The position numbers were made by a program, and so were the translations under genes. Shown here in pieces: positions 1 through 10,384 of a stretch of 21,118 nucleotides of DNA. Every line of letters starts with the position of its first letter. Position 1 is the stretch's first letter. The notes beneath the pieces were generated by a model, which saw only the letters and a program-made list of their open reading frames with translations, searched no databases and had not been told where the DNA came from. Origin of the DNA: Ancylonema sp. (lineage: Eukaryota); the NCBI GenBank assembly GCA_050230475.1, contig JBFLGF010000014.1:124001-145118 (forward strand), in the 5' to 3' direction.

Positions 1-3000
1 GGGAGCTGCAGCAGCTGGTGCAGGGGGGTGTGCCCATGGCGCTTCGTGGCGAGTTGTGGCAAGTGTTTGTGGGCACCAAGGGGAGGAGGGAGGAGGGGAA
101 GTACGATGGCTACTTGGACGAGGGGGGGGGGGAGACGGCATCCAATGGGACAGGCGGCAGTTTTGAGGACATCTATGCGCGAATCCGAGCCAAGGACGAG
201 GCGGAAGTGTTCACGTCTCAAATCGAAAAGGTGAGGGGGAGGAGGGGGGGACAGTGGGGGACAGGGGCATGCGGGCAGTGGGGGGCTCGTCGCTGGGGGC
301 AGCTCACAGAGAATCTGAGGGTCTGGGGTCCAGGATCTCCCGCGCACGTTCCCTGGTCACCCCGCCCTGGACGCCATCGGCCGCGACGCGCTCCGTCGGG
401 TCCTGATCGCGTACGCGCGTCGTACCCCGGAGGTGGGGTACTGCCAGGGGATGAACTTTCTGGCGGGCCTGCTGCTGCTGCTGATGCCGGAGGAGAACGC
501 GTTCTGGACTCTTTGCGGGCTCATGGAGGAGTACATGGAGGGGTACTACTCCGAGTCCATGATCGAGGCGCAGGTGGACCAGCTGTGCTTCGACGACCTC
601 GTCAGAGATAACTTCCCAAGGCTAGGTGGGAATACGCTTCGGCCCCTGCTCCCCTCCAAGGTCCTGTAGGGAGGCCCACCTAACGGAGCGGGGGGCGTTG
701 GGGTGGGTTGGGGGGTGCAGTTGGGCACCTGGACATGCTGGGTGTCCAGGTGACGTGGGTGAGCGGCCCCTGGTTCCTCTCCGTGTTCGTCAACGTCCTC
801 CCCTGGGAGTGCGTGCTGCGCGTATGGGACGTGCTGCTCTACGAGGGCAACCGCAGCCAGCTGTTCCGAACGGGGCTGGCGCTGCTGCAGCTGCACTCCG
901 CTGCACTGCTGGACTCGTATGACCCGGGGGACGCCATGGCGCTGCTGCAGTCCATTGCGGGGGCCACGTTCGACGGGAGCGAGCTCGTGTTTGCGGCCTG
1001 TCTCGGATACCCGGACGTGGACGAACTCATGCTGACCGTAAGGGGGGGGGGGGGCTGGGGGGGGCGGGGGGGATGGGGTTGGGCTGACGGGGTGGAGAGG
1101 TTTGTGTGCAGGAGCTGAGGGACAAACACCGCCCCACAGTGCTCAAGATGTTGCGCGATCGTCAGCAGTCTCTGGCTCGCTACCAGTCCGTGAAGATCAA
1201 CCGGATGACAGCAGAAGCGGTGCAGCAGCAGCAGCAGCAGCAGCAGGCTATGGGGGAGGGGGGGGGGGAGGTGACGCCCTCCCCCACCCCTCCCAAACCC
1301 AACGACGTGGCGGCGGCACTCCAAACCCATCGCTTGTCCCTCATGAAGCACCAGAGCATGAAGGGCGCTGACATCAGCAAGGTGCTGGAGGAGCTGCCAG
1401 CTGCCCCTCTGGTGGCGGATACCCGGGCTGGAGCGGGGTCCACCCTCAGGAGACTGCCCTCGGGGGGACTGGCGCTGAAGAGGTTGGGGATGGGCGGGGG
1501 GGGGGGGCTGGCGAGGGTTCAATCGCTGTCGGCTTCGCCCGAGGGTGCCGAGAAGAAGGCGCGCGTGGGGGAGGCCCTGTCCACCCACCGATCCTCCGTG
1601 GTGCGCCACCGCAGCATGCACTCGCCGCAGCTGGGGAAGGTGGCGGAGGAGAGCATGGAGGGGGTGGGGGGGGAGGGGAACCTGGGGTCGGGGTTGGGGT
1701 TGGGGGTGGGGCGGAAGCAGCCTGTGCTGTCGCGGCTGGTGAGTCTTTTTGGTGCCTCGGCCATTATGGTCATGGACGTTGGGGCGATGATGGAGGAGGA
1801 GGCGAGGGGGGACGGGGGGGAGGAGAAGGGGGAGGCGGAGGGTGGTTCGTCGGACGGTACCGTGCAGGAAGCGGAGGAGGGGGAGGACGGGGAGGAGCAC
1901 CTCCTGGCGCAGATCGAGTGGCTCAAGGAGCAGCTGGTGATGGTGCTGGAGGGTCAGGATGAGGCCCAGATGAGGGTGGAGGAGCTGCAGGCGGCGCTGG
2001 CCGAGGTTGCAGAGCGGCTGGAGGCTGCAGAGGAGGAGGACAAGGTGGCCCTGGTGAGGCGGCTGGAGAGGCTGGAGGGGGAGGTGGCGGCAGCCAAGGA
2101 GGAGGCGGCCCGGGGGGGGTCACGGGAGAGGGAGCAGGAGGCCATTGAGGCCGCCATCGCGCTCAAGGAGAAGGTGCTGGAGGAGGAGGTGGACGAACTG
2201 CTGACGGCGCTGGCGGATAAGGAGGAGAAGCTGAGGAAGGAGGTGGAGGACCTGAGGATCATTCTGAGGGAGAAGGGGAGGGAGGTGGAGCAGCAGTACA
2301 AGGTAGGGGGCGGGGGCTGGGGGGTGGGGGTTGGGGGGTTGGGGGGGCTGGGGGGTGGGGGTTGTAGTCTGTCCTGGGCCAGGTTGTGAGGGTGGCTGTG
2401 GTCGGGGTTCGGGTTCAGGTTATGGACCGCATGCAGATGGAGTTCAAGGCCACGGATGACTTGCGTCTGGCGGCAGAGCACCAATCGAGCACTCAGAAAC
2501 ACTTCATCGACCTGCTCATGGTCAGGGGACTGGGGACTGGGGACTGGGGAGAGGGGGGCACAAAAGGCACACTCAGGGGTTTGCGTTTCGGGTCTGTTGA
2601 CTTCGACTCTCGGGTTTCGGGTTTCGGGTTTCGGATTTCGGGTTTTGGGTTCTTCAGGAGAAGGCGCACGAGGCCGAGGTGAAGAGGAGCGATATGGAGA
2701 AGCGCGCCACGATGGCGGAGAGCATGGTGCAAGCGTTCATGGCGGCGGCGCCGGCAGAGGGGACCTATTCCACATTCAATGCCGCCACACCATCCACGTC
2801 AGGCACACCGCGACACAACTCATTCTCATTTGAGGGAAGGAAACAGGTGGGGAGGGGGGGGGGGAGGGTGGGAGGGGGGGAGGGGAGGAGGTGGGGATGG
2901 AGGGTACAGATGTTGTTTGGGCTGTTTTGTTGACAACGTGCGGCGGATTGTGTGGTTGGCGCAGATGATGGGGTTCAAGGACGAGGGGGTGGGCCGAGCA

Positions 3001-3276
3001 GCGATGGACAGCGGCTTGCCACGTGTACGAACACGTGGCGAGTACGGGGGCAGCCACGGGGGGGGCAACTCGGTTGGGGACTCCCCGCGGTCGCTGAGGA
3101 CGACGTCGTCGGGGGCGGGGTCGCCGGGGAGGGAGCTGTTGTCGCCATTGTCTCCGAATTCTTTGCGCGCCATGGTGGCGCACACGAGGAGCAGGGAGGA
3201 GCAGGAAGGAGGGGCACGGGGGCAGTTCCCATCCTCGCATTCGTCATCGTCTTCGACTCGGAACGAGTACACATGA
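1..3276 (+). CDS. 3' part of a spliced Rab GTPase-activating protein gene (TBC domain plus C-terminal coiled coil, plant Ypt/Rab-GAP type); 5' end lies outside the window. Exons: <1-230, 334-625, 721-1037, 1112-2302, 2419-2520, 2658-2846, 2965-3276
   Basis: Spliced translation gives the TBC signature motifs GVPMALRGELWQ, QIEK|DLPRTFPGHP (IxxDxxR arginine finger), VGYCQGMNF (glutamine finger), EENAFW, WFLSVF and LRVWDVLL. Six GT-AG introns (231-333, 626-720, 1038-1111, 2303-2418, 2521-2657, 2847-2964) keep the frame. The stop is TGA at 3274-3276. The long exon 1112-2302 may hide an extra intron. Confidence 0.9.
1223..1246 (+). repeat. (CAG)8 microsatellite encoding polyQ in the TBC protein
   Basis: Eight perfect CAG units, in frame in exon 4. 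Confidence 0.95.
2611..2651 (+). repeat. Telomere-like 7-bp tandem repeat (CGGGTTT) about 6 times, in intron 5
   Basis: cgggttt cgggttt cgggttt cggattt cgggttt tgggtt, directly before the acceptor CAG at 2655-2657. Confidence 0.8.
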
Positions 3277-3780
3277 GTTGTATAGTAATCGAAATTAGTA
3301 CATGGCGACTTGCCCGTAATTACTTTGGTCCGACCCCCCTCTCGGTGAGGCAATTGGTCCCAACAAACTCATCTCAAGACTGATTTATTTCCATAGACGT
3401 TTGTGCGGATCGTTGTTGACTCGTTTGGGGGTTCTCTTGCGAGAACGAGCAGTAGGATGAGGCTAAAGGGTCATGGTCGTTTGCGGCACTTGAAAGTTAG
3501 AAAGGTACGTCATGTGAGATGTACTAATTTTGGCCACGTGCAAACATCAGTTTTCGAAGTGGCTGGGTTAGGAGTGGACGCTAGCCTTAGTTGTGACGCT
3601 TATGATTTGATTGCATTCCCAATGAGACCAAGGGAATGGGGAGAAATTCTGTAGGAAACGTGACGCATGTAGGCCCTAGTTGGAAAGAAATAGCGACTTT
3701 TGATGTGCTCGTCCATGGTTGTTCGGAATACGCTTCTAATACCACATTAATAACCCAAATGAGTAAGAGACAACTTCCAA

Positions 3781-3820
3781 AAATTGTCTCAAATTGTCTC
3801 AAATTGTCTCTTTTTGTCTC
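3781..3820. repeat. 10-bp tandem repeat (AAATTGTCTC)3 plus one degenerate unit
   Basis: Read directly from the sequence. Confidence 0.9.
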
Positions 3821-4333
3821 TCACGTCAAATAACTTGTCCTAGAGATGGTGATCGGCGCCCGGTGACATGTGACGGTGATAGAATAGATAATTGATACGG
3901 TTTGGAACTTGGAACCACCGAAAAGAGGTTCAATATCATATGGAGCTCTTGGTCCACATTTATTTATTTCCTTCTCCTGACGCAAATCGAAAATGCATTT
4001 TGATATTTTTCCTCTCCATGGTTGGCTCTAATCCGTCTAGGGATCTTTACCGGTTCTGGACCGATCCTGGTCCTTGACGCCTGTGCCAAAAAAAAAACCC
4101 GAAAACGAAAACAAAGAAAGTAAAGTCTTTTTCCACCGAAAAAGAGAGTATTGTAAGTACTGCATATCTGGTAGAAACTATACTTGTCGCAATTGCTTTG
4201 AATGTCATTCGCGTGGATGTAGAATGTTGTGTTAGAACTTTCTTCTGCCATCGATGCAAGAATAAAGTTCACTTCTTCTTAATCTCTTTGAATCAAGCAG
4301 ATCACGTCATTACAAACGATGACACAACAAAAN

Positions 4334-6681
4334 AGCACAAGCTCTACGCTAAACTGGAGAAGTGCGAGTTCCACGTGGACAACATCGCCTTCCTAGGCTA
4401 CATAATCTCACCATCCGGAGTGGACATGGACCCGGCCAAGGTGGCTTCCCTCCTCGACTGGCCAATTCCCCAGTCAGTCAAGGAGGTGCAGTCGTTACTA
4501 GGCTTTGCCAACTTCTACCGCAAGTTCATCAATGGCTACTCTACTCTCGCCTGCCCCCTAACCTCTCTGGCCCGGAAGGGCGCCAAGTTCCAGTGGACCA
4601 CCGAGGAGCAGGCAGCCTTTCAGTCCCTCAAGATTTCCTTCACCTCGGTCCTTATCCTGCAGCACTTCCATCCGAACTTACCTATCACCATCGAAGCACA
4701 TGCCTTCGACTTTGGGCTAGGTTGCGTCCTCTCCCAGACAAACGCGGCGGGCGAGCTCCACCCCATCGCTTACTACTCGAGGAAATTTTGTGATGCGGAG
4801 CTGAACTACCCAATCTACGACAAGGAGCTGCCAGCAATTGTTGCTGCTTTCCGCCAGTGACGGGTCTACCTGGAAGGTGCGGCGCACCTTATCATGGTCT
4901 ACACGGACCACAAGAACCTGGAGTAGTTTCAGGCTGCGCGAACCACCTCTAGGAGGCATGCACGGTGGGCCGAGACGCGAGCGGCCTACGATTTCTCTAT
5001 CGTTTACAGGAAGGGGTCCAGCAATGGCAAGCCGGACGCCCTCTCCCGCAAATCTGACTACATGCCGCCAGCCCAGCCCCCCCACCCTATCCTCCCCGAT
5101 GCAGCTCTTCTACCTATCCCCCCTCTACGAGCTGCACCTATCCTCCTGTCCCCGTCAGATCCTCTCCTACCTACCATCAAAGAGGCCTAGCTGGCGGACC
5201 CGGCTCTCCAAGCTATTGCGACGGACTTGCTCCAAAGACCTGCTCAGGAATCAAACCTGAGACCACCCTCAGGCAGGTCATCTGCTAACTACACACTCCG
5301 TGAGGGCCTACTCTACCGCAGCGGCCGTTTGGCAATTCCCCCTACCGCTGCTTCCCTCATCCTAGCCATTCTAAAACAGTATCACGATGCGCCCATGGCA
5401 GGCCACTTTGGGACTGCCCGGACGCACGCACTGCTGGCCCAGTATTTTCACTGGCCGGGTCTGTCTAAGGCGGTCGAAGACTACGTGCGCACATGCGACG
5501 TCTGCGCCCGGAACAAGCCGGTGCGCCACGCGCCATATGGCCTACTCTCCCCCCTCCCTATCCCATAGCAGCCTTGGTCTAATGTATCCCTCGACTGGGT
5601 CACGGACCTACCTCCTAGCGACTACCATGATGCTATTTTGGTGGTGGTGGACCGCCTCACCAAGCAAGCCCACTTCATCCCCACCACCAAGGCCATGGCG
5701 GCTCTTGAGGTCGCTGCAGTGTTTCTTGAGCAGGTGGTGCGCCTGCATGGGTTGCCCTCCAGCCTCATCAACGACCGCGATCCCATCTTCACCAGCCACT
5801 TTTGGCGTCGGCTGCTAGAGTTGTTGGGCATCCACGCCAACCGGTCGACTGCTTTCCATCCGCAGACGGATGGCCAGACGGAGTGCCTCAATTCGGTCTT
5901 GGAGTAGTACTTGCGCATTTACACCGACTACCAGCAGTCTGATTGGGCACGACTTCTGCCGATGGCAGAGTTTGCTTATAACAACTCCAAACATTCCGCC
6001 ACCACCCTCTCCCCGTTTTTCGCCAACTACGGGTTCCACCCGAAAATGTCGTTGCTCCCAGCCTCCCCCGATTCCCCCAACTCCGCAGCAGACGATTTCG
6101 CATTCAAACTGCGCTCCGCCAATCCCAGCGCGCCATGGAGACGTCCGCCAATCGGAAGCGTAGATCCGCCCCGAGTCTCATCCCAGGCCAAATGGTTTGG
6201 TTGTTACGCCGCCACGTCGGATCCACTCGTCTTTCGTCAAAATTGGATGTTCGTCGTCTGGGGCCCTTCCCTGTGATTGGCCAGATCGGGACCTCGGCAT
6301 ATCGCTTGGAGCTGCCGTCCTCCATCAAAATATTGGGACCTCGGCATATCGCTTGGAGCTGCCGTCTTCCATCAAAATCCACCCGGTTTCCCACGTCAGC
6401 CTCCTGACGTTCCCCGTAGGGAACGTGTTGGGATTCGTGTCGTGGCGCCTCCTCCTCCAATCATTGTGGACGGCGCACCAGAAAGTGAGGTGGCGGAGGT
6501 CCTCGAGTCCAAAATCTTGCGTGGCAAGCTGTTTTACCTGGTGAAGTGGGTCGGCTACGACGAATCGGAACGTTCTTGGGAGCCTGCGGAAAACATGACA
6601 CACGCTGCTGACGTGGTCGCCGACTATCATGCCGCGTTTCCCGATCGCCCGGCGCCTCCCTCATCGCGTCCCGCGCCTTGA
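4334..6681 (+). pseudogene. pol: Chromovirus pol pseudogene (RT end, RNase H, integrase, chromodomain)
   Basis: KLYAKLEKCEF..FLGYIIS; LGFANFYRKFI; RNase H AYYSRK..NYPIYDKEL and VYTDHKNL; integrase HDAPMAGHFG..CDVC, SLDWVTDLP, NDRDPIF, HPQTDGQTE; GPFPV (GPY/F motif); chromodomain FYLVKWVGYDESERSWEPAEN. Several in-frame stops and frameshifts. Confidence 0.92.
6285..6378 (+). repeat. 47-bp tandem duplication in the integrase C-terminus (frameshifting)
   Basis: 6285-6331 and 6332-6378 differ at only 2 positions, both C>T. Confidence 0.9.
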
Positions 6682-6692
6682 GGGGGGGGTAC

Positions 6693-7125
6693 TCTTAGGA
6701 CCCTCGCTACAGTCACTAGGGCTCCCTAGCGAGGCTCCCACACTTAGCACTAGAGCGCTACTCAGGCAGTTTTCCCTATAGCGAGTGTTGTCCCTTTATA
6801 GTGATATGTGTGCCCCTCGCGCCTTTGTCCTTATATCGAGTGCCGACCCTTAGCTTTCTAGTTTGTTCTTATAACGAGTTCTAGTTATCCCACATCTTGA
6901 TTAGCTTTGTGGGAGTCGACTTTCACTATATCTAAGTCCATAGGAATGCCTTTAGAGCATTTCTATCAACTCATGTATTTGCACCTTGGTGTGCCTACCA
7001 TATCAACAAATCAAGTTTGACCATCGGCTCATTAGCCTCCCTCCTATCGGCCCGTTTCGCCATTTGCCTTGTGTGTGCATTTGCAACTAGTTTTCTAGGA
7101 GTCCTATTCCATTCCACTCCTAACA
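6693..7125 (+). repeat. 3' LTR of chromovirus 1 (about 433 bp)
   Basis: Follows the PPT. Termini TCTTAGGA...TCCTAACA form an 8-bp inverted repeat with one mismatch to TGTTAGGA. Shares motifs with the LTR at 11008-11381. Confidence 0.85.
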
Positions 7126-8709
7126 GGTACTATGTGCGGAGCCAATCTTACGTCGACCCGACCTCAAAAAAGACTTCTTTCTAGCAACAGACTAGAGCTA
7201 GCATGGCTTGGGAGAAGTCATAAGCGAGGTTGATGAAGAAAGGAGACGAGTACGCCGTAGCCTTTGCAAGTAGAAGTTGCAATGCCGTAGAGAAGAATTA
7301 CAGCAGCTTTCATGGGGAATGCCTCGCAGTCATCTCGACAGTTCAACAGTTTCGCCAATACTTGTTTGGACGAAAATTAACACTTATTACCGATCATGCA
7401 CCTCTTAAATGGATAATGACAACGACCAAACTTATCGGAAAATTGGCGCGTTGGGCATTACTACTTCAAGAATACAAATTTGAGGTAATTCATCGACCGT
7501 GTGTCACGCACACTAACGCGGACGGGTGCAGTCGCTGTCCCTTACCCGACACAGGCAACACGTCCCACGAAATTGACACACTCGGGGATCCCACACCCAC
7601 GTTTACAACATTACCAATTACTTGTGTTAGCCCATCTTACTTCATCAGCTTCAATCACAACACGGTTCAATCGGAAGAAGCCACAGTGGATATTTGGGAG
7701 GACAATGACACACTAACCTTACTTCGATCACATCGCTATGGTACTCATCTCACACCGTTTCAACGTGATCGAATTTACAGGCGGGCGCTTAAATATCGAT
7801 TATTGGAAGACAAACTCTACAAAATCCCTATCGAAGGACACCTCAAATTGGTGCACAAACCAAACGCTCGGGTACCATAGATTTCTACACTGCATACTCG
7901 GTACGGGAATTTTGGAATCAAACGGATCCTCACGGCATTACAAAAGAACTATTGGTGGTTCAATATGGGAGATCAAAGTGGCCGCGATAATTCGCGCTTG
8001 TGTACCATGCTCCCGTTCCAAAACCAACTCCAATGACGGAAGAACGCAACTTCAACCCCTTCCCATTCGAGGGTTATTTTACAAAATGGGTCGAGTTAAT
8101 TCCACTCCCCGATAGGAGCTCCGCCACAACAGCCAATGCGTACCTTGATAATGTGCTAGCACGTTTTGGTGCTTCAGCGGAGACTCTTACAGACCAAGGA
8201 CCAGAATTCATGGGCGAATTCCAAACCCTACAGGCTCAACACAACATTACACACCGCATGGCGTCCCGAGAACACCCTCAATCGGATGACTTGGCCGAAA
8301 GGATGGTTCAAACCATGAAATCAGGTTTGCGAAAAACATTGTTAACGCAACATCGTGATGATTGGGATCTATTCCTTCCATACGTGGCGATGGGATATCG
8401 CATGACTTTACAATCATGATTGGGTTACTCTCCTTACTACTTGTTGTACGAACGACAACCAATCTTCCAAGCACAAATTCAACACCAAGAACACGGTCCG
8501 CTCCCAGCTTCGGACAACGAAATCTAAAAATCCATCGTCAACCGGGGCAAATTGTTCCAAGAAGTTATGCCACTCGCAATGCGCAATCTGGCCATAGCCC
8601 AACAGCGCGATCGACACCAATACTTCAGAGTCCACGGCCAAGGATGGGATCGTCCAATGGCAACATTTCATGTCGGACAATTCGTATGGGTCAAACGACA
8701 AACAAAAGG
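7126..8709 (+). pseudogene. pol: Ty3/gypsy pol fragment (RT-RNase H connection, RNase H, integrase), same family as the minus-strand methyltransferase element; cut at both ends by other elements
   Basis: EPILRRPD, AFASRSCN, ITDHAPLKWIMTTTKL, NADGCSR, LQPLPIRGLF, LTDQGPEF, HPQSDDLAERMVQ, WVKRQTKG, all closely matching motifs at 11382-13050 on the minus strand. A deletion near 8080 removes the first integrase Asp (WGVDFAGP in the other copy). Confidence 0.9.
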
Positions 8710-10277
8710 TGACGTGTTGTTTGAAGTCGGCCGCCCGGAATGGTGCTCTTCATACCTTTACTTCTTTCTTAACTGAAGTTATCTATTTTGATGTCCTCAT
8801 TACTTCTTCTTTACTAAGTTCTGAATGTTGATCATCTCATATAGTCACAATCTTGTATCGATACATGTTGGTAATCTCTCATAAAGTCACAATGTGGTAT
8901 TGTGCTGCTCTCACTAAGTAATATTGCAGATTGAGTCTCTGCTAAGATATCAATATTATATATATCACACGTCTCAGCGGTCTGGTGTGGTGAAATTCAC
9001 TACTTAACGCCGAGGGCGAGCTAATAGATTAGTACAAAAGTTTGTGAAAATACTATAAAGCAACCAAGATAGTCTGGTGCAGACTATCAAGGTTAACAGC
9101 CGTAAGAGTTACTTTCGGTGCGAAAGGAAAGTATCGACGGCGCGTCGATAAAAGATGCTGGCTCAGAAAGAGCGTCAGCAGACAGGTGTAAACAACAAAT
9201 GCTGGCTCGGAGCGAGCGACAACAAACACACACACACAAATGAAATTGCCGGTTCGGAGCGAACGCGGGAAAATCGACAGATATTTAACACACACACACG
9301 CTTGCAGGCTCAGAGAGAGCGTCAGCGAATCGATGTAAGGAATTACAGTCGATTAACAAGCTCGCTCAGAAAGAGCGTCAGCAACAGATTCACATGAATT
9401 AGATCAAATACAAACATACACACACAGATTGCAAAGAATGATTTGCAATCTTACCGGCTGGCTGACGGATGTTAGGCTGAGTCGGAAGACGAGCACGTTG
9501 CGAAGTCGCGTAAGCGAAGGGATGCAATATTCACAAAATTGCAAAGGATTCAGATAACATAGAAGATTGTTGGGAGAGATTTCTTAACAGCGCAATCTAA
9601 CAGCGGAAGCTGGCAGATCTGAAACTACAATTTTTTCTTTTATCACAAAGTTGTTGCGCGGTGCTAACCGGCAGAGTTAACTAGAGTTAAACTGTCGAAG
9701 ATAGCGACAGGCTGGCTTCTATAACATTACAATTAATCACGGCGCGAGATATTTCTCTAGTTCTACGGCTGGATTTAATCGCCGGGATTATCGACAAGTC
9801 GAAAGGGACTTGTGATTTTATCAAAATCGACACGCACCTATTTGTTGAAGACTGCTGGATTCAAGACTTCGGAAAATACGCCACGCGTTATTTTCGAGTC
9901 GTACAAATTTCGTACTTCACTATTTTTATTGTAAGGTACTAGTTCTCACAAAAGTACTAAATCTAGAAAGTCGTTATATTGAATACTCTCGTTATAGCGG
10001 AGTATTAATCTAGAGGAGTTTCTGAACAATCTAGAGGGGTTTCGCCTTAGCGATCTCTAGCGTCATGACAGCTGACGGTGTTGTTTGAAGTCGGCCGCCC
10101 GGAATGGTGTTCTTCATACTTTGACTTCTCTCTGAACTAAAGTTCTCTCTTTTGATGTCCTCATTACTTCTTCTTCTCTAAGTTCTAAAAGTTGATCATC
10201 TCATATAGTCACAATCTTGTATCGATACATGTTGGTAATCTCTCATAAAGTCACAATGTGGTATTGTGCTGCTCTCA
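8710..10277 (-). repeat. Composite 3' LTR region of the DNMT-gypsy element (about 1.57 kb), with a roughly 205-bp direct repeat at both ends (8710-8913 and 10073-10277)
   Basis: Minus strand starts TGAGAGC directly after the PPT and ends ACGTCA. The two 205-bp units are highly similar. 8710-9823 is homologous to 13472-14527 in inverted orientation. No coding capacity. Exact LTR boundary is ambiguous. Confidence 0.7.
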
Positions 10278-10290
10278 CTCCCCCCCCCCC
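10278..10290 (-). promoter_or_regulatory. Polypurine tract (plus-strand primer) of the minus-strand gypsy
   Basis: Minus strand reads GGGGGGGGGGGAG immediately followed by TGAGAGC. Confidence 0.75.
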
Positions 10291-10321
10291 GTTACGAAAT
10301 GGTAGTGTAGAAAACTGGGTA

Positions 10322-10384
10322 TCAGGAGCAGCGTTCGCCTTGGTGGTCAGGACAGAACCATGCACATTCATGTATGACCTGAAC
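10322..10384 (-). pseudogene. C-terminal remnant of pol resembling the end of a PHD finger
   Basis: Minus-strand VQVIHECAWFCPDHQGERCS* resembles the PHD ending (V/I)PEGxWFCPxC/H and stops about 30 bp before the PPT. Confidence 0.55.

Larger units (their letters stand above)
4334..7125 (+). mobile_element. Ty3/gypsy chromovirus (Tcn1-like), 3' half: RT C-terminus, RNase H, integrase, chromodomain, PPT and 3' LTR; 5' part lost at the N
   Basis: Domain order RT-RH-INT-CHD. PPT GAGGGGGGGG at 6680-6689, then LTR 6693-7125. The Tcn1-like label is by resemblance only. Confidence 0.9.

Noticed and set aside
839..2502. Long minus-strand ORFs (353 aa, 182 aa and others)
   Set aside because: Antisense shadows of GC-rich TBC exons; low complexity and no domain motifs.
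4198..4332. N-terminal extension of the 220-aa ORF (CCVRTFFCHRC)
   Set aside because: The ORF crosses the N at 4333; the upstream part is AT-rich intergenic DNA joined by chance to RT.
3277..4332. Short ORFs downstream of the TBC gene
   Set aside because: No recognisable motifs, AT-rich and unlike host codon usage; probably 3' UTR and intergenic DNA.
9161..9383. CRISPR-like array from three 20-bp repeats
   Set aside because: Irregular spacing (147 and 56 bp), only three units, inside a eukaryotic LTR, and no cas genes.
9053..9397. Small ORFs shared with 13854-14217
   Set aside because: They reflect LTR homology; ends and frames differ between copies and they include CA microsatellite translation.
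8710..10277. Retrozyme (hammerhead ribozyme in short direct repeats) or DIRS split-repeat element
   Set aside because: No CTGANGA...GAAA core found by eye in the repeats, and no tyrosine recombinase nearby. The associated pol has a DDE integrase.
10316..10329. TGGGTATCAGGAGC resembling a tRNA-Met PBS (TGGTATCAGAGC) on the plus strand
   Set aside because: Needs two insertions and is about 40 bp from the nearest CA end. The minus-strand reading (ORF end, PPT, LTR) explains the region better.
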